From: Malacoraja senta
Taxonomy: Eukaryota
Assembly (NCBI GenBank): GCA_038087875.1
Contig: CM075993.1
Span: forward strand, 5,458,001-5,522,000
DNA: 64,000 bases
Direction of reading: 5' to 3'
In this document: positions 50,491 through 62,548 of the stretch, in pieces
Numbering within the stretch: position 1 is the stretch's first letter
Layout: each line of letters starts with the position of its first letter
The notes under the pieces: generated by a model
What the model was told of the DNA's origin: nothing
Databases searched by the model: none
What the model saw: only the letters and a program-made list of their open reading frames with translations
Made by a program: the position numbers and the translations under genes

Positions 50491-50803
50491 ATAATGTTGT
50501 CCGGGAACATAACCCTTGGATGAAAGAATTCTGTTTGCGATCTTTCAAGCAGGCTTGTATTCTACTCCTACCCATTTTTTTTAATTCAACCGCAAAAAGG
50601 AACTTCAGAGATGCATTTGTGGCATTTGTCCCACAACAAACTGGAGACTGGGAAACGGAATGGTTTGGATTTCAGACGGATTGGCTCCTAGGTTCTTGTA
50701 GTCTCTCCCTGATGGCAGGCAGCTCGGAGATCCCTCCAGGAATGTCAGTTGGTGGTACAGCTTTGATAATGTGGTTAGAAGCTACTTCAGTTATAAACTC
50801 ATA

Positions 50804-51355
50804 ACCATATAACAATTACAGCACGGAAACAGGCCATCTCGGCCCTTCTAGTCCGTGCCGAACACTTACTCTCACCTAGTCCCATCTACCTGCACTCAGA
50901 CCATAACCCTCCATTCCTTTCCCGTCCATATACCTATCCAATTTATTTTTAAATGATAAAAACGAACCTGCCTCCACCACTTCCACTGGAAGCTCATTCC
51001 ACACAGCTACCACTCTCTGAGTAAAGAAGTTCCCCCTCATGTTGCCCCTAAACTTCTGTCCCTTAATTCTCAAATCATGTCCTCTTGTTTGAATCTTCCC
51101 TACTCTCAATGGAAAAAGTTTATCCACGTCAACTCTGTCTATCCCTCTCATCATTTTAAAGACCTCTATCAAGTCCCCCCTTAACCTTCTGCGCTCCAAA
51201 GAATAACGACCTATCTTGTTCAACCTTTCTCTGTAACTTAGTTGCTGAAACCCAGGCAACATTCTAGTAAATCTCCTCTGTACTCTCTCTATTTTGTTGA
51301 CATCTTTCCTATAATTTGGCGACCAAAATTGTACACCATACTCCAGAATTGGCCA
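50804..51355 (-). mobile_element. CR1 LINE 3' fragment
   Basis: [17 protein letters not shown]...[12 protein letters not shown]. Confidence 0.9.
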
Positions 51356-51409
51356 GTGTCCTTCAGCGCACAGAACCGTCAGGTTAAGCTCATCTCCCCT
51401 GCCTGCAGT

Positions 51410-51785
51410 GTTTAAGAAAGAACTGCAGATGCTGGAAAAATCGAAGGTAGACAAAAATGCGGGTGAGGCAGCATCTATGGAGAGAAGGAATAGGTGACGT
51501 TTCGGGTCGAGACCCTTCTTCAGACTGGTGTCTAGGGAGGAGGGGGGGCGGGAAAAAGAAAGGAAGAGGCGGAGACAGTAGGCTCGTGGGAGAGCTGGGA
51601 AGAGGGAGGGGAAGGAGGGAGAAAGCAAGGGCTATCTGAAATTAGAGAAGTCAATGTTCATCCCGCTGGGGTGTAAACTACCGAAGCAAAATATGAGGTG
51701 CTGTTCCTCCAATTTGCGTTGGGCCTCACTCTGGCAATGGAGGAGGCCCAGGACAGAAAGGTCAGATTCGGAATGGGATGGAAAC
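51410..51785 (-). mobile_element. Penelope-like element 3' end
   Basis: [47 protein letters not shown] plus terminal repeat. Confidence 0.88.
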
Positions 51786-52689
51786 GCCAGCATGTGATCC
51801 ATATTCTCCATATCCATGTGCCTATCTAAAAGCCTCTTAAATGCCAATAAATCAGGTCTGCATCCACCACCTCTCCTGACAGCGCATTCCAGCTTTGCTG
51901 TCCACCGCGGAGCTGGCATCTCCTAATTTATGTAGCAGCGATCAGCATTCTTTCCTCCTGCCCCATCCACTATCACTTCCCAGGAGTAAGAATCCCCTTT
52001 TAGGGCAGTTCTATTAAGCTCCGAAAACATAACTGGAATTATTTCAGTGCCTGACGCTGAGATAAAACTCTCATTGCTGCAGTCTTAGATATGATGGACT
52101 ATTCATAGTGTTTAAATATCTTCACAGACTCTGTCTGGCACATTGGCTTGTAATGCAGTCATTTATGAGAAAGAACAACAAGATTCTGTGGAATCTGAAG
52201 AAGAGTTTTATTACTAAATTAGAACATTTTAGAAAAGAAAATACAGGAAGCAACTGCAAAGTGGTGTCTGTTTATCCAGAGTATAACATTTAAATCACCC
52301 GTTACCATTTCGTACAGCCTGCATTAATCATCTCATGCGCAGTGTAACTTTATCTCAGAGGATGGCTACCCTTGTACTGTTAGCAATCTGTGCTTGCTCC
52401 CCCAACTTCAACACTCCTGCATATCTCACGTCCCCACACCGACCAACCTGTCATCCATTAATTCTTATGTTAGGTATGTGGGCAGTGGGCAGGTGCTATA
52501 GACCTGCATGGGAAGGTAGACGCTCCCGCCCCCACGAGTCTTGGGCAGAAAGCCGGAACGGGGTACTGATTTTGGATGATCAGCCACGATCGGATTGAAT
52601 GGCGGTGCTGGCTCGAAGGGCCGAATGGCCTATTCGTGCACCTATTTTCTATCTCGCACCTGAATCATTCATCCCCTGTTTCATAGATG

Positions 52690-53190
52690 TTCATCACTCT
52701 GTAGTTATGAGCAGGGTGTAAATGGGAGCAGAGCAATCCTGCCAATCCTATTTTCCAGTTCTTATCCATCTGCAGTGGGCAGGTTCTATAGACCTGCACG
52801 GGAAGGTAGACGCTCCCGCCCCCACGAGTCTTGGGCAGATGGGGGCTCGTCAGCCTGGGAAGGCAGTCCATCTAGGAGAGGGAAAACTGATTTAAAACCT
52901 CCACTGCCTTGTGGCCATATCCAGTCATGGAAAAGGCTCCAGGAGTAAACCTCAAGAAAATCCAGAGTCGGAGCCCCTAAGGCAGTTCGTCGTTGTCTAC
53001 AACCTCGCTCTGGCAGCGACGGCGCTGGTGCCAAACTGTAACGGCCCTGCTGTTCCTTTGGATCAATCAGCGACGTGGAGAGGGGCGGCGTGCTGCATGG
53101 GCAACAGCCTGTCCTCCATATGACATCGCCCAGGCTTGCATCCGACTAGGATGTATCACCCATGGTCAGTCATAACCGAGAGGGCCTACT
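52690..53190 (+). mobile_element. Probable RTE-type 5' UTR-derived element
   Basis: gggaaggcagtccatctaggagagggaaaactgatttaaaacc resembles RTE 5' UTRs; about 65 bp is duplicated at 52482-52548. Confidence 0.45.
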
Positions 53191-53783
53191 AGGTATAAAC
53201 TACTCACTATAACGTCTCCAGCACAACAAGCAACACTGATATATTCCGGGTAAGAAGACAGAGACACAGTTGTGAGCATTCTGTTCTGATATCGCCAGAA
53301 TAAATCCATCATTAATACCGATGGAAGCCTTTATTCCTTCTGAACCTTCAGAATTTTGTAGTCAGCAGGGCAGTACTGGATATCGCCAACTTGGATAATT
53401 TTACATTTATACCGAGCCAATTAACCTACAAACCTGCACGTCTTTGGAGTGTGGGAGAAAACCGAAGATCTCGGAGAAAACCCACAAACTCCATACAGAC
53501 AGCACCCGTAGTCGGGATCGAACCCGGGTCTCTGGCGCTGCATTTTGCTGCAAGGCAGCAACTCTACCGCTGTGCCACCGTGACTGCCCTTATTCAATAG
53601 GTTTATTTAGTCAGTTTCTCTCCTTAAAGACTGTTCCTTGTGGAGGGTGTACTTCTACAGACACCAGTTACCCACCTACAGAGTTTGCTGTGGCCGCTAT
53701 GTCTGCTCCCTTTCCTCCTTCCAACAGAAGCATAGTTACTGAGTAACATAGTTATATGGCATCTTAACTACACCTCAAAGAGT

Positions 53784-54060
53784 TTAAGAAGGAACTGCTG
53801 ATGCTGGAAAAATCGAAGGTAGACAAAAAGCTGGAGAAACTCAGCGGGTGAGGCAGCATCTATGGAGCGAAGGAATGGGTGACGTTTCGGGTCGAGACCC
53901 TTCTTCAGTCTGAAGAAGGGTCTCGACCCGAAACGTCACCCATTCCTTCGCTCCATAGATGCTGTCTCAGTCTGAAGAAGGGTCTTGACCCAAAACGTCA
54001 CCCATTCCTTCGCTCCATAGATGCTGCCTCACCCGCTGAGTTTCTCCAGCATTTTGCCTA
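53784..54060. mobile_element. Penelope-derived inverted plus tandem terminal repeats
   Basis: Perfect 55-bp palindrome 53854-53964, then a third copy from 53972. Confidence 0.85.
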
Positions 54061-54724
54061 CACCTCACAAAGTACTTCATATCCGTAAACCCCATGGGGA
54101 TGCCTGGAGATTGTGAAATATTCAATTTGCAAAATTTTCGCTGTTGCTATTGTTCGCTTTAAGATGCCCTCCATTAACAAATCCATTTGATGACCAGCAG
54201 GCCAGTCCCGACCCACAGAACATACTGTATCAACATACCAACAACACATTTCATTCAGCATTTTCAGATGATGACATTTAGCCTAACAGAATACTTTCCT
54301 GGAATCCATCCCATCAATCAAAAATTAGCTGTGCGGAAATGCTCCTTTGTTAATTTCCACCATAAAAGCAGTATATGATGTGTCTCCTACCCATAGCCTT
54401 GTTCTACATAACATCAGCTTTCAATTCTCATTCTTAACATGCCCACTCTAACCATTCTGTGAACATATTACGATTTAAAACATATAATTGGTTTGACCCT
54501 TGAGTACATTTCTCATAGATGTCCATACTAATTTTGCTCATGAACTTGCAATAATTGTTCCATATTTGACAGAATACATGCAGGTGCAACCAATACATTT
54601 GCAGGTTTGAAGAAACAGAGGAGAAATCAGGAAAGAAATGTCATTACACTTGTGTCTAGGCGTTTTACAAAAAACACTTGGCTGATATGACCTTCCCATC
54701 CAAACCCCACACTCCTGTCAGATA

Positions 54725-55370
54725 TTGATAGAATGGAGAGGCTGGGCTTGTACACTCTAGAATTTAGAAGGGTGAGAGGGGATCTTATTGAAACATATAA
54801 GATTGTTAAGGGTTTGGACACGCTAGAGGCAGGAAACATGTTCCCGATGTTGGGGGAGTCGAGAACCAGGGGCCACAGTTTAAGAATAAGGGGTTGGCCA
54901 TTTAGAACAGAGGTGAGGGAACACTTTTTCTCACAGAGAGTTGTGAGTCTGTGGAATTCTCTGCCTCAGAGGGCGGTGGAGGCCGGTTCTCTGGATGCTT
55001 TCAAGAGAAAGTTAGATAGAGCTCTTAAAGATAGCTCTTAAAGATTGCGGAGTCAGGGGATATGCGGAGAAGGCAGGAACGGGGTACTCCACATTTCCAC
55101 GCCTCATTGTGATCATGGCTGATCGTCCCCAATCAATAACCCGTGCCTGCCTTCTCCCCATATCCCTTGACTCCACTAGCCCCTAGAGCTCTATCTAACT
55201 CTCTTAAATCCATCCAGTGATTTGGCCTCCACTGCCCTCTGTGGCAGGGAATTCCACAAATTCACAACTCTCTGGGTGAAAAAAAAAATTCTCACCTCCG
55301 TCTTAAATGGCCTCCCCTTTATTCTAACTGTGGCCCCTGGTTCTGGACTCGCCCAACATTTTTCCTGCAT
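54725..55370. mobile_element. Two tail-to-tail CR1 3' fragments
   Basis: + copy at 54725-55090 (MERLGLYTLEFRRVRGDL...) and - copy at about 55105-55370. Confidence 0.85.
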
Positions 55371-55636
55371 GGTTTAAAATGATTAATGCTTAATTGCCTG
55401 TGATAGCAACAAAGCTGCCATCTACATTTCTTTATCACTGCAATATTAGTATTTGTGCTTGATAATGAGTTGGCCCAGACAAGTCTAAAATTCAGGTTAA
55501 ACTGCATGGCGTCAAAACATAACATAGTTAACCATGCAATATTATTAAACACTGTGAGGCTTGCTAATTGAAACTAAGCAGGCAGATCTCCGTGGCAAAC
55601 TGATAAGTGACTGTAATGTCAGTGCCCCCAGCCTTA

Positions 55637-55813
55637 ACCCCTGTCCCACTGCACGAGGTAATTCACGAGTTCTCCCGAGTTTTCCCCTGATTCCAACTCG
55701 GAGAATGTCCATAGCGGGTCCGTAGGAGTTCGTGGATGTCTCGTAGCGGCTCGTACGTGTAAAAAAGTAACCATTTTTTTCATCACTATTTTTTTCCCTC
55801 GTACAGTGGGACA
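55637..55813. mobile_element. PIF/Harbinger-type MITE, internally deleted
   Basis: ACCCCTGTCCCACTGCACGAG ... CTCGTACAGTGGGACA. Confidence 0.7.
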
Positions 55814-56005
55814 TTCTGTCAGTTCCCTTGCAGTGTTGGCCTCTGACATTACTTCTGGAAAGCTGGTCACTGAAACCTACTTGCATCACACCAGCAAGGT
55901 TATTTCTAAATAATTATATTCCCATTGCAAGCGAGCACCACAGCATTGATGTCCCAGTTAATCAGAAATCACATTTAGGAAACACCTGCAGGCTATGGTT
56001 ATATG

Positions 56006-56167
56006 TGTTAAAGAAGGAACTGCAGATGCTGGAAAATCAAAGGTACACAAAAATGCTGGAGAAACTCAGCGGGTGCAGCAGCATCTATGGAGCGAAGGAA
56101 ATAGGCAACGTTTCGTTCGCTCCATAGATGCTGCTGCACCCGCTGAGTTTCTCCAGCATTTTTGTGT
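56006..56167. mobile_element. Penelope-derived hairpin insertion with 15-bp TSD
   Basis: ggctatggttatatg at 55991-56005 and 56168-56182; perfect 51-bp stem. Confidence 0.85.
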
Positions 56168-56365
56168 GGCTATGGTTATATGCTTGACAAGAAACTCCGC
56201 AAGCTGTACATCATCAAAGCATAAAATATATCATTACATTGAGACTGTGTAATGTCCACTCAGTGATGTTGGACCTCAAATTTTGTCTGTGTTGATTAGA
56301 TTCTAGATAAAAGGACGTCATCTTCTTTCGTGAACTTTTTATCGTTTATCATCGGACTGAACCAG

Positions 56366-58947
56366 CTAATCCTCATCGAGGCGTGTCACACCATTGCCCT
56401 GTTGACCGTGAAACACTTGCGTGGTGCTTTCAGACACCACGACCCGCTGCTTGGTCTGTACCTTTGGAAAAGTGGAGTATTGCACGAGTTCAGAATCAGA
56501 AGGCTCTTCGATTGCCAGCTCCTCTCTGCTGCCGGATTCCCACTCCTCATAATAAACATTGTCCACCAGTCCCTTCCCATCAGTTCCTGTTCCTTCAGCA
56601 AATTCATCATGAGTGATGAAAGGCGCAGGCCCCTCGCTGCCCCCGTCTCCGGTGTGCATTGACACAAATCTGTTCACACTCATGTGAAGGGTTGCAGATG
56701 AGTCGTCAGGATCCGTGACTTTGTACGCAAACTCTTCCCCAAACATCTTATCTGCATCCTTTTGCAGCCATAGAGGCACGTCACCCTCCATTTCACTTGA
56801 CCCAGCCATTTCAAAAGCACCTGTGTGACCTTGAGCGGATGAAAATTCTTCCGCATCTTCATCCTCATCTCTTTCGCTGGGCTCAAAGAGGATGTTTTGT
56901 TCGTTAAAAACGTGAACTTTTGCTCTACTCCTGTCTTCATCATTTAAAGACGCAACGAATGGAAAGTCTTTCCCATTCAACAGCCCTTGCAGTTCCTGCT
57001 GATTGTTACGAAGCATTAGTCCAGACCCTAGTTCACTTATGTCACCTTCATCTTCATTGTATGTTCCCATTGAAAAAAAGTCTTCTGGCTCCAGTGTTTG
57101 TGACACATTGACTTCAGCTTCTATCGTGATAACCCCTCTGTGTGAGGACTGCTGGATGTTCTTGATATTGACCGACATGTTGTCCGATCTCTCGTGGATT
57201 TCTCCAGTGAGAATGGAAAGCTCATCTCTCAGATTGTCAGGCACGGTCCCTCTCAGATGCTCCAAGGCCCCCTTCAGTTTAAGTGTTGGATCCTCGGTTT
57301 CCTCCTTCAGGAGTTCTACGATCGATGCCTGAACACGTTGTGGCACCTTAATCGATTCTTCTATTACGCGCGGTGAGCAGACCTCTTTAGAAAAGGAATC
57401 TTGATAGGCAAATTCGGCTCCTTCACTGTGTTCCAGGGCTTCATCGCCATCAATATTTCCGTGTTGTTCATTTATCCCGTACAGTTCTCCTTCACCCTCT
57501 TCTGCATTTTCATCTGAAGAAAAACTAGTTGTCCTCTCCAGGAATGTTGGCGACTCTGGTTCAGAACCTGACAGCATCGTTCTCCTGAAGTCCGCAGCTG
57601 ACATGGTGATATTTAAGGCTTCCTCGCGTTTGCCACTTGGCCCTTCAAGATCATGCTCCCCGGCGTACAGCTGTCCTGCATCTGGTGGCGGGGGGAAGCT
57701 CTCGGCTTCAGGCGTCTGCTCATTTATCTCAACGTCCACGGGTACTTTCCCTGCAGCTTCCCTTCCCTGAATGCCTAGGTTTCGCAGCCTGTCGATGAAA
57801 CCCTCCGCCTCTGACCCTGATAAATGCCCCAAGGCCCCTTGCAGCTGCATCTCTGGACAGCTGCTGTCCCGATTCAGCGCTTCCAGAAGACTGCTCTCGT
57901 CCGCCACGTCAACAGTGTCCTCACGTCGGGACTGAATGACCATTTCTCGTTTTGTTGTCCCATCTTCCCGCACTTCCTGCTCCTCGATGTGATAAGTGAT
58001 GGCGGCTTCCGGGGAAAAAAATTCTCCCAGATCGGTGGGTTTTATGACTGTTTCAAAGACGTCCCCAATTCTGACATTACCCGCCAAGACCCCTTCCTTG
58101 GAAAGAGTTATCCTTCTGTAGTCCCTCGAGTCCTCTGCTGAACTTTTTGTCCGACTCTCACCCACGAATTCTGTTGTCGGTTCCTCGTCGCTTGTTGCTA
58201 CGACATTATCAGGGAGGTAATACTCTGATTCGATTTGCTCAAAGTCGGCCGCAGGGCTGTATCGGTCAGGGCTCATGAGTGACCCCACCTCACTCAAGTC
58301 AGCTTTGAACTCCAGCTGTTTTGCACCCGGTTCAAAGGTTATCACATCGTTTGAACTTTGCCATTTGAACTCTTCCTCTCCAGCTGTCTCACCGGATCGC
58401 CCGTCAAAATCATAATATTCCACCCGACTAAAAGGTTTGGGCAAGTCGCTTGAACTCCAAGGTTCGGCTTTATTCTCCGACTTGACACTTTTATTGTCGC
58501 CCACCGACTCCATGGCATGTATCCCAGCTGGGAGGGCGGTCACTTCCAAAGCTTGCTCTGGCCTCTCCAAGACCACTTGACTCGTTTTCACCTCCTCCAC
58601 AAGTACTTTGCGCTGGTCTTGAGGTTTCTTCACTGTGCTGAATGGGTCACGGGGGGCCAAGGTCGACCGTGCCATTGCTTTGTAGGTGTTCCTTGACCTT
58701 GCTGCAGCATCCACATTTTGAACTGTTGAAGACTTACCAGTGTAAAGGAGGTCTTTATCTGAGAAAGAACTATTGATCTTCCGTGTAGATATTCGGGATG
58801 GAATAGCTTTTGATGTTAGTCCTCTGGTGATTGTCACAGAGTCTGTCTGGGTGGTTGAGGGGACAGTTGGCCTCCATCGTGTTCCATCCAGGGAGTCAAG
58901 AGTTGGAAGTGGCATTGCATTGTATCTCTGTGATCTCATGTCTACAC
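56366..58947 (-). CDS. SYNM: Synemin (intermediate filament), last exon encoding the acidic tail
   Basis: 857-aa ORF with synemin tail motifs (DTVDVADESSL, NLGIQGRE, IEESIKVP, LRDELSILT, EAEVNVSQT); acceptor ctttaacag|GT in phase 1; TAG at 56366. Confidence 0.93.
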
Positions 58948-59068
58948 CTGTTAAAGTAATGATATATCATTTAAAGCAGGAGCTGATATTGAGGTATCTA
59001 CATTGAGGTATGTCAAATAACTCATCATATGAGAAAAAAAAACTCCAACAAAACTTGTGTTTAAGTAA

Positions 59069-59312
59069 AGGGCCTGTCCCACTTTCCCGAGTTACTCACG
59101 AATTCCCCCGAGTTTTCCCCTTGATTCAAACACGGAGATGCCAGCCGTAGGTACTCGGGGCTATTTTTTAAACTCGTGGACATTTTTCAACGTGCTGAAA
59201 AAACGTCCCGACTTACCTGATGCCCCGAGTACCGACGGCTGGCATTACGAGCCGCTACAAAATATCTACGGCCTCCTACGGCCTCGCTACGGACATTCTC
59301 CGAGTTTGAATC
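59069..59312. mobile_element. PIF/Harbinger-type MITE, truncated
   Basis: TAA|AGGGCCTGTCCCACTTT left TIR; no right TIR found. Confidence 0.65.
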
Positions 59313-59501
59313 AATTGATTACGTTGATACCTTTTTTTTAATAATCAAAAATATTTATTCAAATATTTAAATTATATATACAGTACAGTAAAAACCAAAA
59401 CTGAACCCACCGCCATAATGCACAACAAATGTTAAATTATTATCCAGTTAAACGATAAATAATAGTTTATCGTTTGTCATGTTTGTTGTGTCACTATCTT
59501 A

Positions 59502-59977
59502 AGGGCCTGTCCCACTTGGCCGTCATTTGCGCCTCATTTTCGCGTCATATTTAAAATAGGTCGACGCGTCCTTATGCGCGATGTCGCGTGCAAATCACGG
59601 GTCATCATGCGTCAGCACAGCCGTCTAGTGCGCGTGACGTCATTAGAATACCCTGCGGCGCGCGGCAGGACGTTGACGTAAGGACGTTGACACACGGTCA
59701 CCACGCGATACACGTGAGATGTCGGGACGCCAGTGTACGACGCCAATGCGTCAGCGTTCGTTCCCAATGCGCCAGCGTGCGTACGCGATACGTCACGCAG
59801 GTGGCGCGCGAGGATTTCGTTCCTGTACTAAATCCTGGAGCGCCTGGAACATACCGCGCGCCACTGCGGACGATTCCACGCCTCACGCATGCGCACCCCA
59901 CGCTTCACGACGCGTCGACCTAATTTACATATAACGCGTAAATGAGGCGCAATTGACAGCCAAGTGGGACAGGCCCT
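59502..59977. mobile_element. PIF/Harbinger-type MITE, very CpG-rich
   Basis: TIRs AGGGCCTGTCCCACTTGGC / GCCAAGTGGGACAGGCCCT; TTA TSD. Confidence 0.9.
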
Positions 59978-60116
59978 TTACACTCCATGTCAAGGATGCA
60001 TTCAACCCCCCGCGGTGCCCAGGGTGCCAGTGGACAGCGCACAGTCCCTCTCTAACACCACCCGGGCACGGACGTAACCCTGGAAAAGGGGCAGGCAACC
60101 GGCTCAGTAGTTTTAC

Positions 60117-60184
60117 CTTTGCTGGAGTTCCATCGCTGCTCCCCTATCTCCTGCTGTTTCCTGTGTTCAGCTTCTAACAAGGCC
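60117..60184 (-). CDS. SYNM: Synemin exon 3
   Basis: gtcttcccag| acceptor; (R)ALLEAEHRKQQEIGEQRWNSSK(G); donor |GTAAAA. Completes the rod-end motif TYRALLE. Confidence 0.93.
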
Positions 60185-60939
60185 CTGGGAAGACAAGTGA
60201 TGACAAGTGCAGGTGATACACAATAGGTTTACACACTCATTCCAGATTTTGCAATTGTGTGAGGGTGTGCCTGAGCACGGAGCCGAGACTGGGGAAGGTA
60301 AAGTATTGTACATTTGTCTGTAAGACAAACCAGGGCGCGACAATATGCCTTAATACCAGCATTAACAGTGGACACATTTAAGCTATGTTTAGACATTACA
60401 TTATTCCCTTCACAGGAAAACTGACTCATTCATTTTTTCCTATAAACTGCCTTCAGTTGAATACCAACGGTTTCCGAGTTTGGGAATGTCAGTTTACTCA
60501 AAGATTCCTGGAGCTCACAGCGGTATTATGCAGCCAAGTGATTTGGCTGATGCGAACTGGCTGGATTAACCCCGCAAAGCCAAACAGAATGTCAAAAGGG
60601 GTTGTAATTGGAGTTACGTTCTCTGAAACAATTCAGAGTGGAAGAGTTTGCTCAGACTCAGTCTAACAGTTGACCCATTTGCTGAAGGAAAGAATGAAAT
60701 CACCCGAAACTCTGTCCAAGAGAATGTTTTGAAGCAGGATTTGGCAGCTTGTGGACTAGTAATATTCTGTATATTCTAGTAATATAAACTGATCAGTCTG
60801 CAAAAGGGTCTCGAACCGAAACGTCACCCATTCCTTCTCTCCAGAGATGCTGCCTGTCCCGCCGAGTTACTCCAGCTTTTTGTGTCTATCTTCTATCTTT
60901 GTAGTTTGCTGGGTTTTTTAATATCTCTGCTTGGACAGG

Positions 60940-61305
60940 ATCACTGCTGGTACCTACAGTATATTACAAAGGTGACCACCCTTGGACAGGGATGATGGCA
61001 GTTTTCTTTAAGATGTTCCTCCAGTCCATCTGTTTTCTATCTATTTGTCCTGCTCTAATGGAATCATATGATGAATGCACTGGTTTACCTGCTTGCCTGG
61101 GACATGGTTGATTTAGATCTGATTTAAATCCTAAGTCTTTCCAAGAACTGAATATTATATCTCTGACAGGAGACTTACCACACATTGCTCCATCCTAAAT
61201 AGAATACGATGGACATTTCTGTAGCACCATTCATACCGTTTTCAGAAAGTCCTGTGATTTGTGAAGTGGTCACCTTTGTAATATACTGCAGGTGCCGGCA
61301 GTGAT
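60940..61305. repeat. Element bounded by 40-bp inverted repeats (MITE-like)
   Basis: 60940-60979 and 61266-61305 match 37/40 as reverse complements. Confidence 0.7.
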
Positions 61306-61330
61306 GCTTTTAAATAATAGGACTATGCTG

Positions 61331-61860
61331 GCAGTGCTGAAAAAGGGACCACATCACCCCGATTCTGGCCTCTCTCCACTGGCTCCCAGTGCGGTTCCGA
61401 AGCAATTTCAAGCTCCTTCTCTTTGTTTACAAAGCCCTTAACGGGCCTTGCCCCCACCTACGTCAAAAATCTGCTTCCCCACCACACCACCTCCAGGTCC
61501 CACAGATCGGCCGACTTGGGGTTACTGACCATCCCACGGTCTAGGCATCTCAGGGGCGACCGCGCTTTTGCGGTTGCAGCACCTAGACTATGGAACAGTA
61601 TCCCTCCTCCCATTGGAACTGGAACTCTAATCAACTCCATCAACTCTTTTAAGTCTAGACTTAAAACTTATTTCTACTCTCAAACCGTTCTTGAGGTCCT
61701 CTGAGGGAGCGCTGTATGTGTGTATTTATGTATGTATTGTTAGATCTATGTACCACTGTATGTAGCAGGTTAGGACCTGCACTGATGTAAAGCACTTTGG
61801 TCAACGAGAGTTGTTTTTAAATGTGCTATAGAAATAAAATTGACTTGACTTGACTTGACT
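61331..61860 (+). mobile_element. L2-clade LINE 3' end
   Basis: HITPILASLHWLPVRFR...GLAPTYV...[21 protein letters not shown] plus (TTGAC)n tail. Confidence 0.85.
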
Positions 61861-62548
61861 ATGTTTGTGGAACAATGAATATGATCGTGGCAAATAGAAA
61901 TGGCCTGACAACGGTGACAGTGTGGGGCCCATCATCTCTGGGAGTGGGCAAAAAGGGGAGAGTAGGGAGCTGGATGAATGCAAGAGAGAGAAAAGAACTG
62001 GAAGGAGAAGTTAGTGGGGGAGTAAGTTTGGGGGACTGGGAGGGGCCACAGTGCTGAACATAAACGACAGCACTAACTAGATGTTTAAGGAAGAACTGCA
62101 GATGCTGGAAAAATCGAAGGTAGACAAAAATGCTGGAGAAACTCAGCGGGTGAGGCAGCATCTATGGAGCGAAGGAATGGGTGACGTTTCGGGTCGAGAC
62201 CCTTCAGACTGATGTGGGGGTGGGGGGGGTCGGGAAGAAAAGAGGCGGAGAGTGAGCACAGAGGGGGGGGCAGTGAGAGAGGAGGTTGTAAAACTGTCTT
62301 CGGAGAGAGGAGGAAAACCTCTGCAAAGTAGGCATACCTTGAGGAGATTTCGACCCTGGACATATCGGACGTTTGCGGTAGAGAGTTCCCCACCTCTCCC
62401 ACCCTCCGGCCCCTGAATTTTGCTCCTGAAAAGTCTTAGTGCATCAGGGCAACTTTGCATTTTGTGTGGTTCAACTTTAAAGTTAGCCCTATTCCAGTCA
62501 ACTGGGGTTCCAGCCCGTTGTCAAACTTGTGCAAGATTGAAACGTTAC

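Noticed and set aside
56280..56368. Stop readthrough or extra synemin C-terminus (KKMTSFYLE in another frame)
   Set aside because: Readthrough adds only 8 codons; the other frame has upstream stops and no good acceptor.
56366..58939. Stand-alone 857-aa intronless gene starting at ATG 58939
   Set aside because: A splice acceptor lies 8 nt upstream and joins in frame to synemin rod exons.
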